Assembly: GCA_002269645.1 (NCBI GenBank)
Contig: NIVC01000075.1
Coordinates: 124,001-188,000, forward strand
DNA length: 64,000 nucleotides
From: Macrostomum lignano
Lineage: Eukaryota
Direction: 5' to 3'
Shown here in pieces: positions 1 through 11,689 of the stretch. The first letter of the stretch is position 1, and every line of letters starts with the position of its first letter. Position numbers and translations under genes: made by a program. A model generated the notes under the pieces. That model saw only the letters and a program-made list of their open reading frames with translations, was not told where the DNA came from and ran no database searches.

Positions 1-74
1 AACCTCAATGGGAATGCTGCGCGAGACCTGTTTCAAGTCACACCCAGATCTGCAAGTATAGGACACTCTAAATC

Positions 75-823
75 ATGTCTGTCAGGTACACATCTAGCAG
101 ACACACATCTATCAGGCACACATCTATCAGGCACACATCTATCAGACACATCTATCAGGCACAGAAATATCAGACACACATCTATCAGACACACATCTAC
201 CAGACACACATCTATCAGGCACACATATATCAGACACATCTATCAGGCACAGATCTATCAGGCACAGATCTATCAGACACATCTACCAGACACACATCTA
301 TCAGACACAAATCTATCAGGCACACATCTATCAGACACACATCTATCAGACACATCTATCAGACACAGATCTATCAGGCACAGATCTATCAGACACACAT
401 CTATCAGGCACAGATCTATCAGACACATCTATCAGGCACAGAAATATCAGACACACATCTATCAGACACATCTACCAGACACACATCTATCAGACACAAA
501 TCTATCAGGCACACATCTATCAGACACACATCTATCAGACACACATCTATCAGACACACATCTATCAGGCACAGATCTATCAGGCACAGATCTATCAGAC
601 ACACATCTATCAGGCACAGATCTATCAGACACACATCTATCAGGCACAGATCTATCAGACACACATCTATCAGACACACATCTATCAGACACACATCTAT
701 CAGACACACATCTATCAGACACACATCTATCAGGCACACATCTATCAGACACACATCTATCAGGCACACATCAACAGGCACACATCTATCAGACAGACAT
801 CTATCAGGCACAGATCTATCAGA
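75..823. repeat. Minisatellite of 14-16 bp units (ACACATCTATCAG[A/G]C) in an Islet intron
   Basis: Direct tandem repetition; source of the TSIRH and CLIDV ORFs. Confidence 0.95.
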
Positions 824-845
824 CCCAGTTCAACGCCACTCACAG

Positions 846-1231
846 ACTGTTCGCGAACCGCTGCGCCAAATGTGACATCGCATTCTCCAAGACGGACTTC
901 GTGATGAGAGCGAGATCCAAGGTGTACCACATCGACTGCTTCCGCTGCTACACCTGTTCCCGGCAACTCATACCTGGCGAAGAGTTCGCGGTCAGAAACG
1001 ACAGTCTCCTCTGTCGAGCAGATTTCGACGCGATGGAGCTGTTGTCAAAGTCCCCCATGCTGCCGTCCGTTGATTCTGAGCCGGCCAATTTTAGCAACAA
1101 CTCCGGATTGAACAACAACAACAACAGCTCCAAAGTGCTAAACAACAACAACAACAACAACAACAACAGTAGCAATAACAACAGTGGGAGCAGGGACAGC
1201 ATTCACGAGCAGGATCTGGACAGCCGGGACG
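846..1231 (+). CDS. isl1: Islet LIM-homeobox gene, exon encoding LIM domain 2 plus poly-Asn linker (upstream exons lie outside the window)
   Basis: Acceptor cacag|A at 845/846. Reads [59 protein letters not shown], a LIM2 Cys/His pattern typical of Islet. Donor G|gtaagt at 1231/1232, phase 1. Confidence 0.93.
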
Positions 1232-2502
1232 GTAAGTTGCATAGAGACATTTTGCTCTGGAGTATGGGTATCTCTCATTGAATCTGCATTGATAATTTCA
1301 TCTATATTATCTTATTTGTAAATATAGTAATTAGATTATCCTCAAAAAGGACCACCCCCCCCTAAAATCTACCAGAGCTTCTCCGTGAAATTTTCACAAA
1401 ATTCCCTTGGGAATCTTCCTCAAAATAATCTCCCATGAGACATGAGAATCTCATCCCCAAGATAATCTCCCATCCCATGAGAATCTCGTTCTCAAGAAAA
1501 CCTTCCAATAGAATCTCCTCCCCTAGATAATCTCCATTGATTCTTCCTCAAGAAAACCCCCCTTGAGAATCTAATCTCCTTCGAGAATCTCCCTTGAGAA
1601 TCTCTTGAATGTCTTCTACCCTAAAAGTCTCAATTAAGAATAACTTTTGAGAGTCTTCCTCCGGGAATCTCCAAACACAGATGCCAGCTTTGCCACTTCA
1701 AAGCGCACTTGCTTCAAACAGACTCAGTCAGAGGTATCTCGGAGATTTCCAAGTTGCCTCCAGAAGGCAGACTGTTTATTCAAATCCTAGGAGGTCAAGC
1801 CTGCAGGCTGGACTTCAATGCCCGCCCCCTGGGATCTTAGGGGGTGGCGACGAAATGGGGAATTAATATTTCATAGTTCGAGCATCAGAAAACGTTTGCC
1901 AAAAAATTACTAATTCTAGGCTGCGGCCCCTTTAATCTCTCTGTGTCTCTGTCCAACTTTCTGCGGATAATTTTTTCTGGTGGGCACTGCCGGAGCCACT
2001 TGGACGTGTAGAGACTTGGAGGGAGCCCAAGGTTAGAGACGGCGGAAAAAGAAGAAAAAATTAGGGGATAGAGATGCAGAAAATCCCCCCCCCCCCTAGA
2101 CACAAGATGAGGAGAGCAGGGGTTCTCATGAATTAGTGAATGGCCCTCTACCTTATTCTCTCTTTCTCACCCCTTCTCGCTCTGGTAGCGGGGCCTTCCT
2201 GATTAGGTTAACACCGGGTTAGTAGCGCTGGGTGATGGGGGGGGGTGGCGCTTTTAACCCGCAGCTTCACCCAAAGCCCTTCTTCAGGCTTTATTTTGGC
2301 GCAGTTCCTGTCAGTTGCAGAGTCAATTAGGAAATGGATCGAGAGGGGGCAGGGGAGGGGAGAGAATAGAGCGAGCAGCTCCCGGAAGGGTCAATTGAGG
2401 ATCGGCTCCATTTCTCTGAGGCTGGGAGAAAGTTGCAATGCGAGATCTGCTTGGCTAAGGAAAACCTAAGAAAGATAGAGAGATAGAGTGAAGAAGGCGT
2501 CT

Positions 2503-2666
2503 AAGATGCTTCAAAGGGGGGGCCTGAGATGCTTCAAAGAGGGCGCCTGAGATGCTTCAAATGGGGCGCCTGATATGCTTCAAATGAGGTGCCTGAGATG
2601 CTTCAAAGGGGGCGCCTGAGATGCTTCAAAGGGGGCGCCTGAGATGCTTCAAATGGGGCGCCTGAG
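2503..2666. repeat. ~20-bp minisatellite (GAGATGCTTCAAAGGGGGCGCCT-like)
   Basis: About 8 tandem copies. Confidence 0.9.
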
Positions 2667-3398
2667 GAGGCGCCATTTCCTTTCAGGGGCGTCATTGAGA
2701 GGCTTTAAGAGGCTCAAACTTTTGCCATCCTCCCCTGTTGAGGGGCCGCGGCCCCCTGAGCCCCTGCAATTTCCAGCCAATTCGATTTCTTATTTTTTTC
2801 TAAAAAGCAAGGAGACTACACGACAGTCATTATCATAGCCCCAAGCCTACCTATAAATACAGGTAATTCAGGCTTGGGTCATTCTTTCTTTTTTCTCTTT
2901 CTCTGTCTTCCCCATCTCTCTATTCAGCTGCGTGGGTTTCGGAATTTCCAAAAAAACTCTCTGATATTTGGGCGACCCATCCTGGCGCCAAGGGTGGCCA
3001 GCGGAGGAGGCTGGCACGGCAGCCAAAAGACCCCCCCCCCCGGAAAAATGAAGGGATTTTTTTCGTGAGGATTTGCGGCGCCCGAAAAAATCGAGGAACG
3101 AGACGGACGGACGGACGGACGGACGGCGGCGGCGGCGGCGGCGGCGGCAGCGGCGGTGGCGACGGCTGCGGAGGTTGCGGAGGTGGCAAGCATAGGTCGA
3201 GGGCTTCCAGACAGACAGACAGCCAGTCAGTCAGTCGGGCCATTTTACCCAACCCCGGACCAGACCTTTCGATCTTTCAGCATTTCTGTCTCAGCCGAGA
3301 GACAATTCGGCCCTTGAAAGTGCGCCAGTTCAGGCTGCACTGCCGAGTTACTCGTAGCAGACCGACACAAATACGCGCCTGTGTTTTTCTTCCCTCAG

Positions 3399-3769
3399 AT
3401 GAGGATTCGCTCAGCCCGTCGGGAAATTCGGAGACGCAGTCTAACTGCGACCGCTCCAGCATCAGCGGCAGCGGTGGCGGCGGCGCCTTGCCGAAACAAA
3501 GCGCCGGCGGAGGCAGTTCAAAACGCAACAAGAGCTCCGGCAAGGATAGCAAGACAACTCGAGTTCGAACTGTTCTCAACGAGAAACAGCTGCACACCCT
3601 GCGCACCTGCTATGCGGCCAATCCGCGACCGGACGCGCTGATGAAGGAGCAGCTGGTGGAGATGACCGGCCTGAGTCCCAGGGTCATCCGGGTCTGGTTC
3701 CAGAATAAGCGCTGCAAAGACAAGAAGAAGCAGATCCTCATCAAGCAGATGGAGCACCAGCAGCAGAAG
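3399..3769 (+). CDS. isl1: Islet gene, homeodomain exon
   Basis: Acceptor ttccctcag|AT; phase 1 matches the previous exon. [59 protein letters not shown] is the Islet-class homeodomain. Donor AAG|gtaact, phase 0. Confidence 0.97.
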
Positions 3770-3802
3770 GTAACTTGCTATTTTGTATTCTCAGGTGCGT
3801 AG

Positions 3803-4572
3803 GCCTCCCAGATCCTCAGTTGCTGGACCAGCTTCCCAGATCCTCAGTTGCTGGATCAGCCTCCCAGATTCTCAGTTGTTGGGCCAGCCTCCCAGATCCT
3901 CAGTTGCTGGGCCAGCCTCCCAGATCCTCAGTTGCTGGGCCAGCCTCCCAGATCCTCAGTTGTTGGGCCAGCCTCCCAGATCATCAGTTGCTGGGCCAGC
4001 CTCCCAGATCCTCAGTTGCTGGGTCAGCCTCCCAGATCCTCAGTTGTTGGGCCAGCCTCCCAGATCCTCAGTTGTTGGGCCAGCCTCCCAGATCATCAGT
4101 TGTTGGGCCAGCCTCCCAGATCCTCAGTTGCTGGGCCAGCCTCCCAGATCCTCAGTTGCTGGACCAGCCTCCCAGATCCTCAGTTGTTGGGCCAGCCTCC
4201 CAGATCCTCAGTTGTTGGGCCAGCCTCCCAGATCCTCAGTTGTTGGGCCAGCCTCCCAGATCCTCAGTTGTTGGGCCAGCCTCCCAGATCCTCAGTTGTT
4301 GGGCCAGCCTCCCAGATCCTCAGTTGCTGGGTCAGCCTCCCAGATCCTCAGTTGTTGGGCCAGCCTCCCAGATCCTCAGTTGTTGGGCCAGCCTCCCAGA
4401 TCATCAGTTGTTGGGCCAGCCTCCCAGATCCTCAGTTGCTGGGCCAGCCTCCCAGATCCTCAGTTGTTGGGCCAGCCTCCCAGATCCTCAGTTGTTGGGC
4501 CAGCCTCCCAGATCCTCAGTTGTTGGGCCAGCCTCCCAGATCCTCAGTTGCTGGATCAGCCTCCCAGATCCT
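3803..4572. repeat. 28-bp minisatellite GGGCCAGCCTCCCAGATCCTCAGTTG(C/T)T
   Basis: About 27 copies; the 28-aa ORF period confirms the 28-bp unit. Confidence 0.97.
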
Positions 4573-5194
4573 CAATCGCTGGGCGCCTCCCAGATGCCCA
4601 GGCTAAGTCACCGCCCGTTTAACTGAAGGAGTGAATTAAGAAACTCGCCCATACCACACGCACTCAGGTTAGAATTTTCGAACAGGGAAGAGAAACTTGC
4701 AACTTTTCGGAAAAATTTTTTTTTTAGAATTTCGAATGCCTAAACGGCTGCCAATTCTCTCACGCCTTTCCGAATTTTTTAACAGCGCATTTCTTCTCTC
4801 TCTCTAAAAAAGATACTGCAGAGATCGCAAGTGGCCCCCACTGTAGCGATAGAATATTTTTTTTTCAATCCGTGGCGAAAGCTGCCTGAGATGAGCCGCA
4901 ATGAGTCAGTTGAGTCGCTCGCCTATTTGCTACTCGCTGTCACACGCCGAGAGAGAAAATCACTCTAGCTACAGAAAAATGTACCAGGATTTGCTTTCAA
5001 TTCCTGAGAGCAAAATCTTATCCCTTTTAAATGTGACCCGGCCCATCTATATCTCAGGTGCTTTCTGCTTTCGCAAGCATCTTTCTATTTCCTTATGCGG
5101 TTGCTGTTTGGAGTTCCTTCGCTAGAGGGGCGCCAAATAATAGATAGAGAAGGCGCTGAATTATGGATAGAGAGACGTAAAATTTTGAATAGAG

Positions 5195-5612
5195 AGGCGC
5201 CAGGTTATGGATAGAGAGGCGCCAGGTTATGGATAGAGAGGCGCCAAGTTATGGATAGAGAGGTGCCAAGTTATGGATAGAGAGGTGCCAAGTTATGGAT
5301 AGAGAGGCGCCAAGCTATGGATAGAGAGGCGCCAAGTTATGGATAGAGAGGTGCCAAGTTATGGATAGAGAGGCGCCAAGTTATGGATAGAGAAGGCGCT
5401 AAATTATGGATAGAGAGGCGCCAAGCTATGGATAGAGAGGCGCCAAGTTATGGATAGAGAGGTGCCAAGTTATGGATAGAGAGGCGCCAAGTTATGGATA
5501 GAGAAGGCGCTAAATTATGGATAGAGAGGCGCCAAGTTATGGATAGAGAGGCGCCAAGTTATGGATAGAGAGGCCCCAAGCTATGGATAGAGAGGTGCCA
5601 AGTTGTGGATAG
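5195..5612. repeat. 22-bp minisatellite GGCGCCAAGTTATGGATAGAGA
   Basis: About 19 tandem copies. Confidence 0.95.
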
Positions 5613-5693
5613 AGAAAGGCAATTTTTATGATGCGTTCTCATAGTGACATGACTCATAATGCTGGCATTTCCCCCTGGCCACCCCACTCACAG

Positions 5694-5951
5694 CGCACCC
5701 TGTCAGGAGTGCCCATGATCGCCACTTCGCCGCTGCCTCACATTGTCGGCTCCAGCAGCGGCGCCGGCATCAGCGGCGGCGGCGGCGGCGGCGCCCCCTG
5801 CGGCCAGCCCATCGACGTGCAGTCTTTCGTGTCTCCATGGGGACTGACTCCCACATCATCAGGCTCTGACCAGACTGTGCAGCCTCCGCCGCCGCCGCCT
5901 CCGCCGCCTCCTCCGCCACCACCGCCGCCGCCGCCGCCATTTCAGCAGCTG
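5694..5951 (+). CDS. isl1: Islet gene, exon with the Lhx3-binding (LBD/LID) region. Spliced at 5951, or read through to a stop at 6063-6065
   Basis: Acceptor cacag|CGC in phase 0. SGVPMIATSP...QPIDVQSF..PW..FQQL resembles the Islet C-terminal motifs TPMVAASP / PVEVQSY / FQQLV. Donor-like CTG|gtgagc at 5951/5952. No downstream exon identified. Confidence 0.85.
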
Positions 5952-6165
5952 GTGAGCGCTTATCAGAGTCTGTACCCGTCTGATGAGGAGGATGACACGT
6001 GCGTGTCTCTGCCCGATCCCGACTCGTGTCTGTACCAGCCTGCGGTTACTAGGCAACCAATCTGATCCTCTTGACTCTGAATTCTTTACTTGCTTTTTGC
6101 TTGTATTTTATTGCATTGTTGCAAATTGTTCTCCTTTAAAGCGTCTAAAAGTGATTATGTCAAGG

Positions 6166-6570
6166 GTTGGTGTCTATGGCGCCAAAGAGTTGGTGTCTAT
6201 GGCGCCAAGGAGTTGGTGTCCATGGCGCCAAAGAGTTGGTGTCTATTGCGCTAAGGAGTTGGTGTCTATGGCGCCAAAGAGTTGGTGTCCATGGCGCTAG
6301 TAGTTGGTGTCCATGGCGCCAAAGAGTTGGTGTCTATGGCGCCAAAGTGTTGGTGTCTATGGCGCCAAAGTGTTGGTGTCTATGGTGCCAAAGAGTTGGT
6401 GTCCATGGCGCCAAAGAGTTGGTGTCTATGGCGCCAAAGTGTTGGTGTCTATGGTGCCAAAGAGTTGGTGTCCATGGCGCCAAAGAGTTGGTGTCCATGG
6501 CGCCAAAGAGTTGGTGTCCATGGCGCCAAAGAGTTGGTGTCCATGACGCCAAGGAGTTGGTGTCCATGGG
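6166..6570. repeat. 23-bp minisatellite GTTGGTGTC(C/T)ATGGCGCCAAAGA
   Basis: About 17 copies; 23-aa ORF periodicity. Confidence 0.95.
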
Positions 6571-7074
6571 GCCCAGGACTCAGGAGGTGGTGTTTATCCA
6601 AAAATAGTCAAAATCGACAATCATTGCTAAGTGAAACAATCCCTGTTTAAATGACTCGCTTTTCTGTTAAAATTTTCATCCGCAATTATATTGAAAATCT
6701 CTGTTTTGATTGAATGGCAACTCTCTGTAGCGATAGGTGTAACAAGTTTTTTATCAAATTTCTTGCTACCTTGTTTATTTGCATGTTATTTTATCCCTCA
6801 CACACGATAATTGATGCTCGCAAAGACTTGATGCCCTTCGCTTTAAATTGTTGTGCGCACGATGGAACTGTCAAATCTCATGCTTAGTTATTCAATTTTT
6901 GATGATACTTACAGCACAGCTGCCTACTTGCCAATTCGTACCAACGCAAACTTTGACTAATGGCTCTCGGCTATCCTCAAGCCTGTCCAACTTCTAAATG
7001 TAATTCTGTTCATTTTGTTTGACTGCAGTGAAATCTGTCCAATTCTGCTGGTGCATGTGCTCGATCTATCACAC

Positions 7075-7505
7075 CTAATCTACGTCTGTCTCATCCTAAT
7101 GTCCGTCTATCTCATCCTAATCTACGTCTGTCTCATCCTAATGTCCGTATATCTCATCCTAATCTCCGTCTATCTCATCATAATCTCCGTCTATCTCACC
7201 CTAATCTCCGTCTATCTCCCCCTAATCTCTGTCTATCTCACTCTATCTCACCCCTAATCTCCATCTGTCTCACCCTAATCTCCGTCTATCTCATCCTAAT
7301 CTCCGTCTATCTCATCCTAATCTCCGTCTATCTCATCCTAATCTCCGTCTATCTCATCCTAATCTCCGTCTATCTCACCCTAATCTCCGTCTTTCTCACC
7401 CTAATCTCTGTCTATCTCACTCTAATCCCCGTCTATCTCACCCCTAATCTCCATCTGTATCACCCTAATCCCCGTCTATCTCATCCTAATCTCCGTCTAT
7501 CTCAC
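7075..7505. repeat. ~21-bp minisatellite CTAATCTCCGTCTATCTCATC
   Basis: Tandem copies visible directly. Confidence 0.92.
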
Positions 7506-8877
7506 CCAAATTTTCGTTTATCCCATCTCTAGGGATAATCTCCATCTCTCACCCGTGGGAAGACTTGGATTTCGCTTACCTGTAAATCGCAGACACAAAA
7601 CTATCCAATACCAATTGCAACGCAATGCTATGCATACCGGTATTCGCAAAGCAAAGTTTCAACTTAAAGTAAAGTAAAATCGTTTTTAGTCATCAGTTCA
7701 ACTCTCACTCTCTCTCGTATCGGTGGATTTTTCTTGTGAGCACCGAGGCGGCAGATACGACACACCCCCACCCACCAAGGCATGGCGATCGAACCATCGA
7801 AGTCGGCTAATGATGTTTTTCGAACACTCGCTATCAAAAATTGTGTAATTCGTGCGTGTGTGTAAAAAATAAACAGTTCGTATAATAAATAGTAGCAGCT
7901 TCTGAGCATAACGCTTGCGTCGGATAAAATATGAAATTATTCATTTTTTAATACTTTGCAGCACTGTAGGCACTGTAGGTCGCGAGATTCAAGCACACGA
8001 GGGCCAAACCACAGTCAGGGGCTGTACACCCCGTGTGAGCGTGTGTACGAGTGCTTGCCTGCAGAATGCCTCAGAGCTGGCTGTGAGACGGCAACTCATA
8101 AGTCTGACGAGTGTCTATGGCCAAAACTCGGCAATTCCTTTCATACATACATTTTCTTTCTTTCATATTGAAGGCTGATGAAGTTGATAAAAACAGCTGT
8201 ATAAACTTCCAAAAAACACAGGACTCAATGCTGAGAAGTGGCAACTTACTGTCCACAGACAGAAGCAGCTCCTGGCGGTACTGCATTGCTTGGAAAGGTG
8301 TGAAAATCTGTTCCTAGATTCAAGGATTCAGCTTTCACAGCCGATCCCAGCCCAGAGCCCAGAGAGACACCGCTGCCACCCAAACCCACAAGTTCGCATG
8401 TGGCCGGCAGATGTGAGTGTCACACTGGTATGCTGGCGAAGGCCTCCGCCTCCCCTCCGCTTCCCTACCAACCATTCCTGCTGTATTTTCCTGACCGGAA
8501 TGACACATTTTCAGCAGGTGGGGCTGCGTCTTCAAAGCGGCAGCTGACGCTTCGGCATAGAGACATTTTTAGCCATGCCTTGCACTACCTGCATATGGGT
8601 GCAGGGGGCTTTAACAACCACCCAGAGAGAGAGAGAGGCGCTTCGGTATCCAGCTGGGCAACTCTAACTTTTGCAAGCAAAAAACCTCCTTGAATGCTGG
8701 GGTCCCTTGACATGGGAGTTTTGGATTTATATTCGAATGGGAAGTGACGGCGATGTTGACTGGTTTTGCTCAATGAGGTAAACGACTTATTCTCAGTTGC
8801 ACTTTTGTATTGTTTTAAACTGTTTGTCTTCTTTTATCTCCCTATCTCCCTTCATAACTCCATTTCCTTGCATCTTT

Positions 8878-9400
8878 TCATGTCCTTCATCTCTCCATGT
8901 CTCTTCATCTCTCAATGTCCTTTCATCTCTCCATGTCTCTTCATCTCTCCATGTCTCTTCATCTCTCCATGTCCCTTCATCTCTCCATGTCCCTTCATCT
9001 CTCCATCTCCATTCATCTCTCCATGTCTCTTCATCTCTCCATGTCTCTTCATCTCTCCATGTCCCTTCATCTCTCCATGTCTCTTCATCTCTCCATGTCC
9101 CTTCATCTCTCCATGTCTCTTCATCTCTCCATGTCTCTTCATCTCTCCATGTCTCTTTATCTCTCCATATCCCTTCATTTCCCAATGTCCCTTCATCTCT
9201 CCATGTCTCTTCATCTCCCCATGTCTCTTCATTTCCCAATGTCCCTTCATCTCTCCATCTCCATTCGTCTCTCCATCTCCCTTCATCTCCCAATGTCCCT
9301 TCATCTCTCCATCTCCATTCATCTCTCCATCTCCATTCATCTCTCCATGTCCCTTCATTTCTCCATGTCCTTTCATCTCCCAATGTCCCTTCATCTCTAT
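8878..9400. repeat. 18-bp minisatellite CTCTCCATGTC(C/T)CTTCAT
   Basis: 6-aa periodicity in all frames (WRDEET, FISPCL). Confidence 0.95.
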
Positions 9401-9775
9401 CTCTATCTCTAACAATCAAGATGAAGTTAGCTCGTACGCTCCTATTTGCTGATTTTACCCAGGCATGAGATACAGTAGGATCCATGCTTTCTATTAAACA
9501 AAAAATTAATTTCACATAATTTTCCTTAACAGAAAACGGTCTATAAAAGAAAATCTACGCCAGGACAAGGCAGTGCGCTTATAAAATTTCTACTGGAGAA
9601 CAGAAAATTTTAAGTGAAACTAAAATTCAACGTCTAACTTAGCATTTCTGTGCGATAGAGCATAATTCGAATATTATTATACGTACGGTAAAAGTCTGAA
9701 CTTGCTACTGAATAATCTACAAGTCAGTAGTGCAGTTGGAACGCGTTTCTAAATATTTTTTTGGTTGTCTTATTT

Positions 9776-9952
9776 TCAAACGCTTATTGGTGCAGCAGTC
9801 GACGCTGCTTCATATGATGAAGCGTTGCCACGGTTACTCTGATGCTGCTGCTGTCGTCGCGTTGCAGACAGCAGAGGCGGCAGGAACTCGCGATGAGCGC
9901 TGAGAATACAGCCGGGCGTGTGCGAGGGCTTGCCGCAGGCCAGGCAGAGACC
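9776..9952 (-). CDS. RING/TRAF protein, probable last exon
   Basis: Acceptor ccgccgcag|GGT in phase 0. GLCLACGKPSHTPGCILSAH completes the Zn motif begun in exon 3. Stop at 9776-9778. Confidence 0.65.
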   Translation of the reverse strand, partial: GLCLACGKPSHTPGCILSAHREFLPPLLSATRRQQQHQSNRGNASSYEAASTAAPISV

Positions 9953-9999
9953 CTGCGGCGGCGTGTTGGAGGGGAGCGCCAAAGTTTAGATTGGGCACC

Positions 10000-10875
10000 G
10001 AAATCTATCTAGATGGCTGAGCCGATTTCTAGATATTGGGGGCGCCGATTTCTATCTAGGTGGGGGGCCAATTCTATCTAGATGGCTGAGCCGATTTCTA
10101 GATATTGGGGGCGCCGATTTCTATCTTGATGGGGGCGCCGATTTCTATCTGGATGGGGGCGCCGATTTCTATCTTGATGGGCGGCGCCGATTTCTATCTT
10201 GATGGGGGCGTCTAATTCCATCTGGATGGGGGCGTCTAATTCCATCTGGATGGGGGCGTCTAATTCCATCTGGATGGGGGCGCCAATTCTATCTAGATGG
10301 GGGCGCCGATTTCTAGATATTGGGGGCGCCGAATTCTATCTTGATGGGGGCGCTAAATTGTATCCAGATGGGGTAGCCAATTTCTAGATATTGGGGGGCC
10401 AATTTCTACATATTGAGGGCGCCGATTTCTAGATATTGGGGAAACGCTGATCTCAAGATACTGGGAACGCCGATTTCTAGATATTGGGGAAACGCTGATC
10501 TCAAGATACTGGGAACGCCGATTTCTAGATATTGGGGAAACGCTGATCTCAAGATACTGGGAACGCCGATTTCTAGATATTGGGGAAACGCTGATCTCAA
10601 GATACTGGGAACGCCGATTTCTAGATATTGGGGAAACGCTGATCTCAGGATACTGGGAACGCCGATTTCTAGATATTGGGGGCGCCGATTTCTATCAGGA
10701 TGGGGGAGCCGATTTCTATCTTGATGGGGTGCCAATTTCTATCTAGATGGGGGCGCCGATTTCTAGATATTGGGGGCGCCGATTTCTATCAGGATGGGGG
10801 AGCCGATTTCTATCTTGATGGGGTGCCAATTTCTATCTAGATGGGGGCGCCGATTTCTAGATATTGGGGGCGCCA
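10000..10875. repeat. Compound minisatellite (GGGGCGCCGATTTCTA core) with an internal 48-bp higher-order block at ~10420-10670
   Basis: PISRYWGNADLKILGT 16-aa period. Lies in intron 3 of the RING gene. Confidence 0.92.
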
Positions 10876-11296
10876 ATGTCTATAGTAGAGGGCCTCAGAA
10901 TTTAATATTGTGCGTTCGATTTCAACTCGAAGAAAACAAAGAAAAATCATTACCGATCGATGAAACTCACCCCGAAAGTCTGAAATGAAGTTTCGCGCAG
11001 AGAATCGAGGCGTTGTTGGTAATAACGTTGTTATAATCTTTTCGAACATTGAAGCGACAAACTAGTGAGTTGCACTTTAGGCTTGACAACTAACTTACTT
11101 GAATCTGAAATTTAAATTGACGATTAAACTCATTAAAATGTTGTCTGTAGGGTTCAACATTTTTGGTTAGGTACCTGTTTTAATCAACTTACAATCTGAG
11201 AAATTTCAGTTGAGGACAGCGTTTCCATTTTCAAGTTGCGCTCGTGTGATATGAAATTATAAAAAGTCAAAAATAGAGTTTTTTGTAAGTAATTTT

Positions 11297-11689
11297 TGAG
11301 TCACTGCAGCCCAATTTGAGTCACTGCAGCCCAATTTGAGTCCCTGCAGCCCAATTTGAGTCACTGCAACCCAATTTGAGTCACTGCAGCCCAATTTGAG
11401 TCACTGCAGCCCAATTTGAGTCACTGCAGCCCAATTTGAGTCACTGCAACCCAATTTGAGTCACTGCAGCCCAATTTGAGTCCCTGCAGCCCAATTTGAG
11501 TCACTGCAGCCCAATTTGAGTCACTGCAGCCCAATTTGAGTCACTGCAGCCCAATTTGAGTCACTGCAGCCCAATTTGAGTCACTGCAGCCCAATTTGAG
11601 TCACTGCAGCCCAATTTGAGTCACTGCAGCCCAATTTGAGTCACTGCAGCCCAATTTGAGTCACTGCAGCCCAATTTGAGTCACTGCAG
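11297..11689. repeat. 20-bp minisatellite GAGTCACTGCAGCCCAATTT
   Basis: About 20 near-identical copies. Confidence 0.97.

Noticed and set aside
75-875. 266-aa TSIRH-repeat protein and the antisense Cys-rich ORFs
   Set aside because: These are translations of a minisatellite.
3065-3398. Gly-rich N-terminal extension of the homeodomain ORF
   Set aside because: It lies upstream of a strong phase-compatible acceptor at 3398 and contains (GACG)n/(GGC)n microsatellites; intronic.
7956-8171. Terminal exon of Islet
   Set aside because: A phase-0 acceptor exists, but the peptide shows no Islet similarity and overlaps a dispersed repeat motif.
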